Part shown: piece by piece, positions 7,132-15,644 of the stretch
Position numbering within the stretch: position 1 is the stretch's first letter
How the letters are laid out: every line of letters starts with the position of its first letter
Source: an uncultured Planctomycetia bacterium
Lineage (GTDB): Bacteria > Omnitrophota > Gorgyraeia > JACOVV01
Direction: 5' to 3'
Assembly: GCA_964372345.1 (NCBI GenBank)
Contig: CAYJQR010000004.1
Span: forward strand, 1,269 to 49,545
DNA: 48,277 bases
The notes under the pieces: model-generated
Seen by the model: the letters and a program-made list of their open reading frames with translations, nothing else
Databases searched by the model: none
What the model was told of the DNA's origin: nothing
Made by a program: the position numbers and the translations under genes

Positions 7132-7204
7132 TGGACCGGAGCGGATTCGAACCGCTGACCTCCACAATGCGAATGTGGCATTCTCCCAGCTGAACTACCG
7201 GCCC
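7132..7204 (-). tRNA. tRNA-Ala(CGC), CCA not encoded
   Basis: Cloverleaf: acceptor GGGCCGG/CCGGTCC with the G3:U70 Ala determinant, anticodon arm CCACA-TTCGCAT-TGTGG, T arm AGCGG-TTCGAAT-CCGCT, discriminator A. Confidence 0.97.
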
Positions 7205-7211
7205 TTGTTCA

Positions 7212-7239
7212 AATTCGGAATTCGGAGTGCGGAGTGCGG
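7212..7239. repeat. 7-mer array, downstream arm flanking the four-helix-bundle gene
   Basis: aattcgg aattcgg agtgcgg agtgcgg. Confidence 0.85.
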
Positions 7240-7241
7240 AA

Positions 7242-7607
7242 TTACCTCCTACCTCCCCCATCCCGTGCTGTCTTAATGGATGCAACCACTATTGCCGTAA
7301 TCTCATCAGCCTCTCGCTGTAATTGCGTGATTTGATTTGTATCAACGAGTTTCGTTTCTAAAAATAATTCTAACCAATATAGTGTCTCATCAGCTTCTTC
7401 TTCAACAATTCCCATTTTTGAGATAAAATCAGCTCTCGATTTAGCTCGACAGGCAGATCGGTAATTGGCGCCAACCGATGTTCCACATCTCAATAGTTGT
7501 TTGCCTAATATATCAACCGTTCGATTTCTGGGCAGTCGTTCTACCCATTTTATGATCTCAATAGCAAATCTTTTCGTTCTTTCTTTTAACTCTATCCCAT
7601 TCCCCAT
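7242..7607 (-). CDS. Four helix bundle protein (23S rRNA IVS protein / Avd-like family)
   Basis: LKERTKRFA...QLLRCGTSVGANYRSACRAKSRADFISKMGIVEEEADETLYWLEL is the typical family pattern. Confidence 0.93.
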   Translation of the reverse strand: MGNGIELKERTKRFAIEIIKWVERLPRNRTVDILGKQLLRCGTSVGANYRSACRAKSRADFISKMGIVEEEADETLYWLELFLETKLVDTNQITQLQREADEITAIVVASIKTARDGGGRR

Positions 7608-7617
7608 TATTTTAACC

Positions 7618-7645
7618 CCGCATTCCGAAATCCGCATTCCGCACT
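7618..7645. repeat. 7-mer array, upstream arm, inverted relative to 7212-7239
   Basis: ccgcatt ccgaaat ccgcatt ccgcact. Confidence 0.85.
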
Positions 7646-7649
7646 TTGT

Positions 7650-8192
7650 TTAACTTACCCTGATCACCACACCTTGAAATGAACGAGCGCCGATATTTTC
7701 CCTCAAGGTGGTCTCTTTTGTGAGGATGCTTCCCCATGTTCCTGTGACCTTCATCAGCACTGTAAAATAGTCAATTTTTTGATCGCCGTCTGGATCCAGA
7801 TAACTGAGCATAAAAAGACTCATTTTACTCGCTACGACTTCTTTGACCGAGGGATTGGTTTCATCCGGATAAAACCAAAGTTCATCAGAGGAGTCATCCC
7901 ACTGGTAAAGCGACCAAACGGTTTCGTCTTTGTTGGAAATTCGGATTTTTTGGGGATTCGCACTCACATCAATCGTCACCTTAAAACCGGCTCTCACCTG
8001 TTTCTGAAGATGATCCAGAGCTAAATTCATCTCTCGCATCAATTCACTATCGGCAATCGCCACCACGTACCACTGATTATTGGCAAAACTCAGAGAAAAA
8101 GCCGCCGCCATGACCACCACCACCAGTGCCGCGGCAATGATGAGTTCAATCAGAGTAAATCCAAAGTTTTGATCTTTATGAGGGTTGTTCAT
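7650..8192 (-). CDS. Minor pilin (PilW-like), start revised to MNNPHKDQNFG|FTLIE
   Basis: Class III signal, hydrophobic helix, ALDHLQKQVRAG. Confidence 0.85.
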   Translation of the reverse strand: MNNPHKDQNFGFTLIELIIAAALVVVVMAAAFSLSFANNQWYVVAIADSELMREMNLALDHLQKQVRAGFKVTIDVSANPQKIRISNKDETVWSLYQWDDSSDELWFYPDETNPSVKEVVASKMSLFMLSYLDPDGDQKIDYFTVLMKVTGTWGSILTKETTLRENIGARSFQGVVIRVS

Positions 8193-9648
8193 TCCAATCC
8201 ACGGTGACCTCAATTTTACGGTAATCAATGCTCCCCCCTGGGATCCAATCGTCCCTATTTTGAAGCTTAGTGATCCTCCAAACCAGATGCCGTTTAATAA
8301 ATTCACTCACATCCCCCGGTGGAAAGGAATTCTCTATGTCACTCTGTGATTCTGTCCTGATCTGTTCATCGAGACGACTCGCGTCAAAATTGTACGGGGA
8401 TTGTGTCAACTTCTGGAAACCGACACCCGCTAATTCTTCCAACTTCTCCCTGGCTAAAAAAGAGGCATATTGAATCTGCTGGGTCCTCGTCATGGTTCTT
8501 TGAGCGAGGCGATAAAGGCTCATCATCCCCGCAATAAACCAACCCAACAGCAGGCTTGCGATCAGCAATTCCACCAGTGTCATGCCTCTGCGGTTGGTTT
8601 TCATTGCGGTTAAGGGAGAGGGGATTCGAGAGCGGCTCTCATACTCTTGGCGGCTAATCACCTCTGTGGCATAAAGAGAAGATAAACTCTTTTCCATCGT
8701 GGCCATTCCGTGTTCCCCTCCGGTCTGCATCACAGAAAGAATCTGAGGGATCTCGTTTTTGCGAATCAGATTTTGAACCGCGGGTGTATTCTTCAAAATC
8801 TCCAGCGCCAGTACCCGATTCTTTTTATCAGCGGCGGGCACCAATTGCTGGACAACAATCCCCACCAATACCAAAGAAAGCTGAAGGCGCACCTGATCCT
8901 GCTGTTCTGCAGGAAACACATCCACGATTCGATTGATCGCCTGCAGGGCATCGGTGTTGTGAAGGGTTGCCAAAACCAACTGCCCTGTCTGAGCCAGGGT
9001 CAGCGCCGTATGGACGGTTTCCAAATCCCGCATCTCTCCAATCATGATGACGTCGGGGTCCTGCCGGAAAAGAGAGCGCATCGCCAACCGTGGGGAGAGA
9101 GTATCCACTCCGACCTCTCTCTGGATAATGGTGGCGCTTCGGTGACGGTGCAAATACTCGATGGGGTCTTCAATGGTGACAATTTTCATGGGGCGGGTCT
9201 TGGCAATCCTCTGAATCAGCGCCGCTAAAGTGGTTGACTTACCGGTGCTGACCGCTCCCGAAATAATCAGAAGCCCGCTATTCTGCATTGCCATTTCAAT
9301 CACTGTCTCTGGAACTCCCAATTCCTCACAGGAGGGAATCACAAAAGGAAGATAACGAATCGCCGCCCCCAGACTTCCCCTTTGCCAATAGAGATTGAGC
9401 CGAAATCGTCCTAATTCTTTTATCCCAAAGGAGGTATCCAGTTCTTTCTCTGTTTCAATTTGGGTGATCTGTTTTTCAGAAAGGAATGGGTAGCAGAGTT
9501 CTTTGACATTTTCTGCCGTCAATGGATTAGGGTCTAGGAGCTTTAATTCTCCTTGGATCCGAATCTGGGGAGAGAATCCAGCATTCAGGTGCAAATCTGA
9601 GGCATGTTCTTGAACCACTTTTTTCAGAAGATCTTGTAGTGAAGACAT
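8176..9648 (-). CDS. PilT/PilU-family retraction ATPase fused in frame to a PilV-like prepilin
   Basis: ASDLHL, Walker A GAVSTGKST, TIEDPIE, RQDPDVIMIGEMRD, ATLH. From residue 349: MKTNRRG|MTLVELLIASLLL. Confidence 0.85.
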   Translation of the reverse strand: MSSLQDLLKKVVQEHASDLHLNAGFSPQIRIQGELKLLDPNPLTAENVKELCYPFLSEKQITQIETEKELDTSFGIKELGRFRLNLYWQRGSLGAAIRYLPFVIPSCEELGVPETVIEMAMQNSGLLIISGAVSTGKSTTLAALIQRIAKTRPMKIVTIEDPIEYLHRHRSATIIQREVGVDTLSPRLAMRSLFRQDPDVIMIGEMRDLETVHTALTLAQTGQLVLATLHNTDALQAINRIVDVFPAEQQDQVRLQLSLVLVGIVVQQLVPAADKKNRVLALEILKNTPAVQNLIRKNEIPQILSVMQTGGEHGMATMEKSLSSLYATEVISRQEYESRSRIPSPLTAMKTNRRGMTLVELLIASLLLGWFIAGMMSLYRLAQRTMTRTQQIQYASFLAREKLEELAGVGFQKLTQSPYNFDASRLDEQIRTESQSDIENSFPPGDVSEFIKRHLVWRITKLQNRDDWIPGGSIDYRKIEVTVDWNEQPS

Positions 9649-9658
9649 ATGATGGGTA

Positions 9659-10093
9659 TCAGTAAGTAATCACTGGTAGTTTGCCGTCAGGGTTTGTCAC
9701 ATTGCCCGCCTCGTCAATTTCATAGGTGCCGTTATCGTTAGTACGGCGCGCTTTTCCTTTTAAACCAGTCGTGAAAATAGGAGTGGCGGCTCCCTCCACT
9801 GAAAAGCGATATCCGCTGTCCGCAAGAACCACATTGGGATTATCCAATTTCACATCGGCCCAATAATTGTCAGGATCCGTTTCCGCGATAGTAAAGTAAA
9901 ATCCCCTCTCCAATTTATAAACCCTTTTACCATGCTGGATTAACTTCAGTGTGGTGCGAGCCGTGCGGGCTTTGGCATTTTCGATGGTTTTGGTATAAAC
10001 AGGAATCGTAATCCCTACAATCACACTCATCATAATTGCCGCAATCAGCAGCTCAATGAGAGTAAACGACTTGATTCTTCTAGACGAACTCAT
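9659..10093 (-). CDS. Type IV pilin-like protein (start revised to MSSSRRIKS|FTLIE)
   Basis: Class III signal with Ser at -1, hydrophobic helix, PVYTKTIE. Confidence 0.85.
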   Translation of the reverse strand: MSSSRRIKSFTLIELLIAAIMMSVIVGITIPVYTKTIENAKARTARTTLKLIQHGKRVYKLERGFYFTIAETDPDNYWADVKLDNPNVVLADSGYRFSVEGAATPIFTTGLKGKARRTNDNGTYEIDEAGNVTNPDGKLPVITY

Positions 10094-10097
10094 CCCA

Positions 10098-11348
10098 TCA
10101 TCCTCCCCCTGACCCAATTTGTGACAGTTTAAACATGGGTAAGAACATCGAAAGCACTAAAATACCCACAACACCTCCCATAATCACGAGAATCGCCGGT
10201 TCAATGAGCGAGGTGAACCTTGTGATCATCACGTCAATTTTTTCCTTGTAAAAAAGAGAAACCCGCCGCAACATTTTCCCCAGTTCACCCACTTCCTCAC
10301 CCACGGTCACCATCTGAACGATCAATACTGGGAAAATACCACTCTTTTCAAGAGGACCAGCAAGGGGTTTCCCTGCTTGTACCTCCTTTTTAATCTGTTC
10401 GATACTGAGCTGATAGACCCGGTTATCCATGGTTTTAGCCACAATATCAAGAGCATTTAAAATAGAGCTGCCGCTGTCCAATAATGTGCTTAAACTGTCG
10501 GCAAATGTCTCACAAGAGACCATTTCAATCAAATCTCCGATCAGCGGAGTTTTTAAAAGCATTCGGTCAAAAAAAAGTTTTCCGGCGGGTGTTTGAGTCG
10601 CACTCTTGAGTAGAATCACAAAGACAACAACCCCCAACGCTATATAAAGCAGGTGGTGTCTGAGTAAATTGCTAGCCAAAATGACGTATTTTGTCAATGT
10701 TGGAAGTTCAATGTTAAACGACTGAAGGATTCCCGCAAAGATCGGGACGATCTTAATAGTAAAAACCAGAATCGCAATGATGGAAACTGTGATCAAAATC
10801 ATGGGGTATATCATTGCGGAGATGATTTTTTGGCGAACCTTGCCGCTGGATTCTAGGAAAACGGTTATCTGATTTAGAGAACGTGCCAGGTGTCCACTCG
10901 CCTCGCCTGTTCCTACCAGATTCAACCAAAAATTAGAAAACACTTTTGGGTGCTTTCCCAGAGCGCTCCTGAAGGTTTGCCCTGCTTCGATGTCTTTTTT
11001 GATCTGTTCCAAAATTTTGAGCAGTTTCTCGCTCTCTATCTGAGTAATGAGAATGTTGAGGGATTTTAGCAGAGGCACTCCAGCCTCCAGCATGATACTC
11101 ATCTGGTGGCTAAGCATCACCATATCTTGTGAAGTTATTTTGGAATGAAAATGTCTCTTTCTTTGGAGAGTAAGACCTTGCTGCTGGCTCTTTAATTTTC
11201 CTTCCTTAGCTTTTTGTTCTTCAATCGAGGTGACCAGCAGTCCTTTAGCCAGAAGGGTGTTGAGGGCTTTTTCTCTTGTCTGCTCTTCTAGCATCCCTTT
11301 TTGGATCTTTCCATCTTTGCCGCGCGCGGTGTAAGCAAAAACTGACAT
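10098..11348 (-). CDS. pilC: Type IV pilus platform protein PilC (GspF family)
   Basis: AGVPLLKSL, GEASGHL, AMIYP, VGEEVGEL, LIEP...SMFLPMF. Confidence 0.95.
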   Translation of the reverse strand: MSVFAYTARGKDGKIQKGMLEEQTREKALNTLLAKGLLVTSIEEQKAKEGKLKSQQQGLTLQRKRHFHSKITSQDMVMLSHQMSIMLEAGVPLLKSLNILITQIESEKLLKILEQIKKDIEAGQTFRSALGKHPKVFSNFWLNLVGTGEASGHLARSLNQITVFLESSGKVRQKIISAMIYPMILITVSIIAILVFTIKIVPIFAGILQSFNIELPTLTKYVILASNLLRHHLLYIALGVVVFVILLKSATQTPAGKLFFDRMLLKTPLIGDLIEMVSCETFADSLSTLLDSGSSILNALDIVAKTMDNRVYQLSIEQIKKEVQAGKPLAGPLEKSGIFPVLIVQMVTVGEEVGELGKMLRRVSLFYKEKIDVMITRFTSLIEPAILVIMGGVVGILVLSMFLPMFKLSQIGSGGG

Positions 11349-11365
11349 CTTTTACCCCAAAATTT

Positions 11366-13081
11366 TTATACTTCCGATTCCACGGTAACTTGCAGTACTT
11401 CCTCCAGCGCCGTCAACCCTTCTTCCACTATTTTCATCCCTGACCCTCTCAAAGTGGACATTCCTTCTTGGCAAGCAGTTTGCCGGAGTTCATAAAGAGA
11501 GGACCCCTTGAGGGTTGCCTTCTTGATATTTTCCGAAACGGGGAGAACTTCATAAATCGCCCTTCTCCTCTTGTAACCAATGAAGTTACACTCTTCACAC
11601 CCTTTCGCCTTATGAAGGATGTCTCCGCGTATTCCATATCGGCTTGCTACCTCTTTTTCTGGTTCATAGGGTTCTTTACACTCCGGACATAACGTTCGAA
11701 CCAGCCGCTGGGCAACAATGACATTCAAAGCCGCGCAGACTAGATAAGGTTCGATCCCGATGTCAATCAGACGAGGAAGGGTCGCTGTGGCGTCATTGGT
11801 ATGAATAGTGCTTAGGACCAGATGCCCTGTTAAGGCGGCGCGAATGCAAATTTGAGCGGTCTCTAAATCACGAATTTCACCCACCATGATAATATCCGGA
11901 TCTTGCCGCAGAAAGGCGCGAAGTCCCGCGGCAAAGGTTAATCCAATTCCAGATTTTACCTGGACCTGGTTAACGCCTGACAGTTTATACTCTACCGGGT
12001 CCTCAATGGTGATGATATTCTTCTTGGGAGTATTGAGAAAATTGAGTCCGGAATAAAGCGTTGTCGTTTTGCCGCTTCCTGTAGGTCCGGTAATAATCAC
12101 CAATCCATTGGGGCGTGTGAGACCTGCCATGAAAGAAGAGAGCTGTTTAGGTTCAAAGCCGAGCGTCTTCAGATCTAATTGCAGTTTTCCTTTATCGAGC
12201 AAACGCAGGACGACTTTTTCTCCAAACACAGTCGGAATGGTCGAAACACGGATGTCAATGGTGCGATCTTGATATCTCACTGAAAAGGTTCCATCCTGAG
12301 GGAGTCGTCTCTCCGCGATGTCCATACCTGATAAAATTTTTATCCGCGATACCACGGGAGCGAGTAAATTTTTAGGAGGAGGAGCAATTTCATAGAGGAC
12401 GCCATCAATGCGGTAGCGGATATTGGCTCTGTCCGACATTGCTTCAATATGGATATCGCTTGCCCTATCTTCAATCGCTTGACGAGTCAACAGATCTACC
12501 AGACGGATAATGGGAGCATCCTGCGCTTTCGCGACTAATTCATCTATATTGCTTTCCTCCTGTTCAATCTTTACCACATCCTCGGGAACTTCTTCAAATC
12601 TGTCACCGGAATCAGCGATGGCTTGTTTCAGCAGTATCCGCTCCCCATAAAGAACAGCCAACTGTTTCATGATATCGCTGTGGGACGCTATGATAATATC
12701 CACTTCACAGCGCGTCATTTGCTGAACTGTTTCAATGGTCGCTAGGTCTATGGGATCTGCCATGGCAATTTTTAGAACGTTCCCGGTTTTAGAAAGAGGA
12801 AGGAGATTATGCTCCTGAGCAAATGGGAGAGGGATTAACTTTTCCAGCCCTTGAGATATAGAAGGTATTAATTGCTTTGCCTCTGTGACATAAGGGAGTC
12901 CTAACTGTTTGCCAAGAGCAGATGCCAGATCTATCTCTCTCACGAGTCCCATTTTGACTAAGACAACCCCTAAATGTCCGCCGGCCAATTTCTGTTGTTC
13001 GAGCGCTTTTTCCAAGTCCTCCGGTGTTAGCAGTTTCTCTTGGACCAGAATTTCACCGATTTTGAGTTTTGACTTTTTCAT
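11366..13081 (-). CDS. pilB: Type IV pilus assembly ATPase PilB (GspE family)
   Basis: MshEN-like N-terminus (KIGEILV, HLGVVLV), GPTGSGKTT, LRQDPDIIMVGEIRD, tetracysteine motif. Confidence 0.96.
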   Translation of the reverse strand: MKKSKLKIGEILVQEKLLTPEDLEKALEQQKLAGGHLGVVLVKMGLVREIDLASALGKQLGLPYVTEAKQLIPSISQGLEKLIPLPFAQEHNLLPLSKTGNVLKIAMADPIDLATIETVQQMTRCEVDIIIASHSDIMKQLAVLYGERILLKQAIADSGDRFEEVPEDVVKIEQEESNIDELVAKAQDAPIIRLVDLLTRQAIEDRASDIHIEAMSDRANIRYRIDGVLYEIAPPPKNLLAPVVSRIKILSGMDIAERRLPQDGTFSVRYQDRTIDIRVSTIPTVFGEKVVLRLLDKGKLQLDLKTLGFEPKQLSSFMAGLTRPNGLVIITGPTGSGKTTTLYSGLNFLNTPKKNIITIEDPVEYKLSGVNQVQVKSGIGLTFAAGLRAFLRQDPDIIMVGEIRDLETAQICIRAALTGHLVLSTIHTNDATATLPRLIDIGIEPYLVCAALNVIVAQRLVRTLCPECKEPYEPEKEVASRYGIRGDILHKAKGCEECNFIGYKRRRAIYEVLPVSENIKKATLKGSSLYELRQTACQEGMSTLRGSGMKIVEEGLTALEEVLQVTVESEV

Positions 13082-13094
13082 TTAAAGGATACTT

Positions 13095-14624
13095 TTATTC
13101 GTTGATGCTTTTGATAAGCTCAAGCGCCTCCAGATCTTGTTCAATCTTCTCTTTTCTTTCCTTCGCTTTTTGCTCGCCTTGCTGATTGCCGCCCGCTACT
13201 AAAGCGCTCCTCGATTCTCCAGTGACAATGATATGGGGCGTGACAAAAATAATCAGTTCCCGATCCGTCGTGTCCGCGACTTTCTTCCTAAAGAACGTTC
13301 CTACGATCGGAATATCCCCTAAGACAGGGACTTTTCGGCGTGAATCAGCGACTTGCGACTCAATAAGACCCCCCATGATCAGGGTTTCATTGTCTTTTAA
13401 CATCACCGTTGTCTTGACTTTCCGGCGGAGAGGATCCACGAAACTCCCCGAGAAGAATTTTGAATCTTCCGGACGAATCACCTCCGGTTCCACCAGCATG
13501 GTGACCACCCTGTCTCTCTCGTTAACCTGAGGAGTCACTTTCAGAATAATCCCCGTTTCCATCCGCTCTGCCTGCGTTGTGGATTGGGAAACGCCTCCTT
13601 GAGCCGCGGTGATCGTAGAGATGCTGGCAACGGCGGTTTCCGCGCTGATTTTGATCTCCGCCGTCTGATTGTTCAAGGTGATCACCTTGGGGCGGGCAAG
13701 GAATTTTGTTTTGCTGTCTTTAGAAAGTAATTCCAGCGCTATTTTGAACGCCGAGGTATCCAGAGTTCCTACCGTGAAAGAAGGCTTCGTTGTTGGCCCC
13801 GCGAGATGCCCCGGATAAGGGAATTGAGTTTCTCTTTTTGGGGCTGTATAGGTCCCCATCTGACCGAGAGTTCCTCCGTATTCAAGACCGATCCTGTCCA
13901 ATGTGGTCCCGACGGTTTCGATGATTTCAGCTTCAATGGCAACTTGCGGGACAGCAACATCTAATTCAGCAATGATTTTCTCAATCAATGGGAACTGTTC
14001 CTGGATATCGGTAATAATCAGGCTATTGGTTCTCTTTTCCGACACCAGCCTGCCATGTTCGCTCAAGAGGGATTTAATGACATTACTGATATTGTCTCCG
14101 CCCAAACCGGTGCTGGGACTGGGTTTTATCTCCCCGGTTGTTGAACTCGTTGTGCTTGTTGACGTCTGAGAAGTAGTCGCTGGGGCTTCAGCTCCCGCCC
14201 CCCCCCATACCCCTCCCACTTGAGCGTATCTTAAAACATACACCTTTGTGATCGTTGGAACCGTCGGTTCAGGCTCCACGGGAGGGGGAAAAGCTTCTTC
14301 CACGACAAAGACGTCGCTCCCCTCCTGTTTCTCGTAAATAAGATTCTGGGCTCTCATGATATTGTAAAGGGCGTCCTCGATAGAAACCTTGTCCAGATAC
14401 AGGGTCACTTTTTTACCAATGATTTTTTCATCCGCGATAAAATTAAGACCGGACTGTTGTGAAAAAATCTTGAGAACATCCTTTAGTTCCGCGTCTTGAA
14501 AATCCATCGAGATTCCATCAAAACTCCCTCGCCCATTCTCTTGGGCAAAAAGAGGTCGAAGGTCGAAGGTCGAAGGTCGAAGGAACGACAAAAGCAGAAC
14601 AGTCATAAATATGATCGTCTTCAT
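13095..14624 (-). CDS. pilQ: Outer-membrane secretin (PilQ/GspD family)
   Basis: Signal peptide, STN-like ISMDFQDAEL, RTNSLII...LD..VPQVAIEAEI, KVPVLGDIPIVGTFF, ELIIFVTPHII. Confidence 0.9.
   Translation of the reverse strand: MKTIIFMTVLLLSFLRPSTFDLRPLFAQENGRGSFDGISMDFQDAELKDVLKIFSQQSGLNFIADEKIIGKKVTLYLDKVSIEDALYNIMRAQNLIYEKQEGSDVFVVEEAFPPPVEPEPTVPTITKVYVLRYAQVGGVWGGAGAEAPATTSQTSTSTTSSTTGEIKPSPSTGLGGDNISNVIKSLLSEHGRLVSEKRTNSLIITDIQEQFPLIEKIIAELDVAVPQVAIEAEIIETVGTTLDRIGLEYGGTLGQMGTYTAPKRETQFPYPGHLAGPTTKPSFTVGTLDTSAFKIALELLSKDSKTKFLARPKVITLNNQTAEIKISAETAVASISTITAAQGGVSQSTTQAERMETGIILKVTPQVNERDRVVTMLVEPEVIRPEDSKFFSGSFVDPLRRKVKTTVMLKDNETLIMGGLIESQVADSRRKVPVLGDIPIVGTFFRKKVADTTDRELIIFVTPHIIVTGESRSALVAGGNQQGEQKAKERKEKIEQDLEALELIKSINE
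14553..14580. repeat. (AGGTCGA)4 perfect tandem 7-mer inside the secretin signal peptide
   Basis: Four exact units, encoding LRPSTFDLRP. Confidence 0.9.
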
Positions 14625-14631
14625 GATTGAA

Positions 14632-15072
14632 TCACTCTCCTCCTCCTCGCATGCCCTGAGGTATCACTGTTAATGTCTTTCCATGGAAAAGAAATCGAAC
14701 TCCCTGACGATTAATCTCCGTGATCTTTGCCCCTTCGATTTCGTCTCCCACTTTAAACACCTTATCGCCGACAATACACATGGGACGAGCCCCCCCCCAT
14801 ACCATTCCTTGGACAGTGAAAGTAGGGGGCATTACCTCTCCAGCGGGTATCATCTGTACTTCCATAGGACTCAACAGCGGATCTCGACTGGCTGCGTGAT
14901 AAACAATCTCTTTCTTGACAAGAAGGCTTTTTGCTATCGTTTGGCCCTCTCCTGTCTCCACGGGTGTTTTTTCTATCGTGCTAGAAACCTTGCCGTTCTG
15001 TCTCTGCCATAGCAATCCCCCTCCCACACACAAGGCAATGATCAATACTACGTTCTGCTGAATCTTACTCAT
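14632..15072 (-). CDS. PilP/GspB-like assembly protein
   Basis: N-terminal TM, RDPL motif, beta-rich C-terminus (KVGDEIEGAKITEI). Lies between pilO and the secretin. Confidence 0.6.
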   Translation of the reverse strand: MSKIQQNVVLIIALCVGGGLLWQRQNGKVSSTIEKTPVETGEGQTIAKSLLVKKEIVYHAASRDPLLSPMEVQMIPAGEVMPPTFTVQGMVWGGARPMCIVGDKVFKVGDEIEGAKITEINRQGVRFLFHGKTLTVIPQGMRGGGE

Positions 15073-15078
15073 TAGAGA

Positions 15079-15639
15079 TCACTCTTTTAGTAAAAAAGTG
15101 TGCACCACCATTTCTACTCTGCCTCTCCCAACCATGGGTTGTGATTCACTCTGAGGTATTTCCGCGGCTATTTTTTCTAAGACCAGTTTTTGAATTCGCA
15201 AAAAGATCGGAGAACTTTCAATCCTTTGTAAGAAAACCCCTAGTTCATGATAACTACACTCTATACCCACCCGCACCGCGCTCTCATGAAAGTGAGGAGA
15301 GGGGGTTAATTTTTCCGGTTGAATGGAAAGAAGTTCTAATCCCGAAGATTTTGCCAATTCGGTGATCTGATTCATCAGCCACTTGGCGTCTGCGCTAGGG
15401 GGGAGTTGTTTTTTGTACTGGTCGAGCTGCCCCTGAAAATGATTCAACTTGTCAAGAAGTGCGTTTCTCTGTTTTTCGTATTCAATCTGGCGATTCAATT
15501 CTTTTACTTCTGCTCTAGTCCTTTGAACCATTTGTGTTCCGATCATGAGGACTATTAGAAAAATCCATAACCCCAACGCGATTTTAACAAGAGGGCGGCG
15601 ATTTTTTTTGATGAATGAATTTAATTTTCCAAAATCCAT
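15079..15639 (-). CDS. pilO: Type IV pilus assembly protein PilO
   Basis: TM, coiled coil, LPPS, SGLELLSIQP, SYHELGVFLQRIES. Confidence 0.85.
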   Translation of the reverse strand: MDFGKLNSFIKKNRRPLVKIALGLWIFLIVLMIGTQMVQRTRAEVKELNRQIEYEKQRNALLDKLNHFQGQLDQYKKQLPPSADAKWLMNQITELAKSSGLELLSIQPEKLTPSPHFHESAVRVGIECSYHELGVFLQRIESSPIFLRIQKLVLEKIAAEIPQSESQPMVGRGRVEMVVHTFLLKE

Positions 15640-15644
15640 CGTGG

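Noticed and set aside
3799..7204. Prophage or integrative island at tRNA-Ala
   Set aside because: No duplicated tRNA 3' end, integrase or phage genes found.
6722..7285. 187-aa ORF as given in the track
   Set aside because: The N-terminal extension runs through the tRNA and heptamer array. The pilin signal starts at 7108.
5222..7645. Diversity-generating retroelement acting on pilins, suggested by the Avd-like gene
   Set aside because: No reverse transcriptase, and no template/variable repeat pair differing only at adenines was seen.
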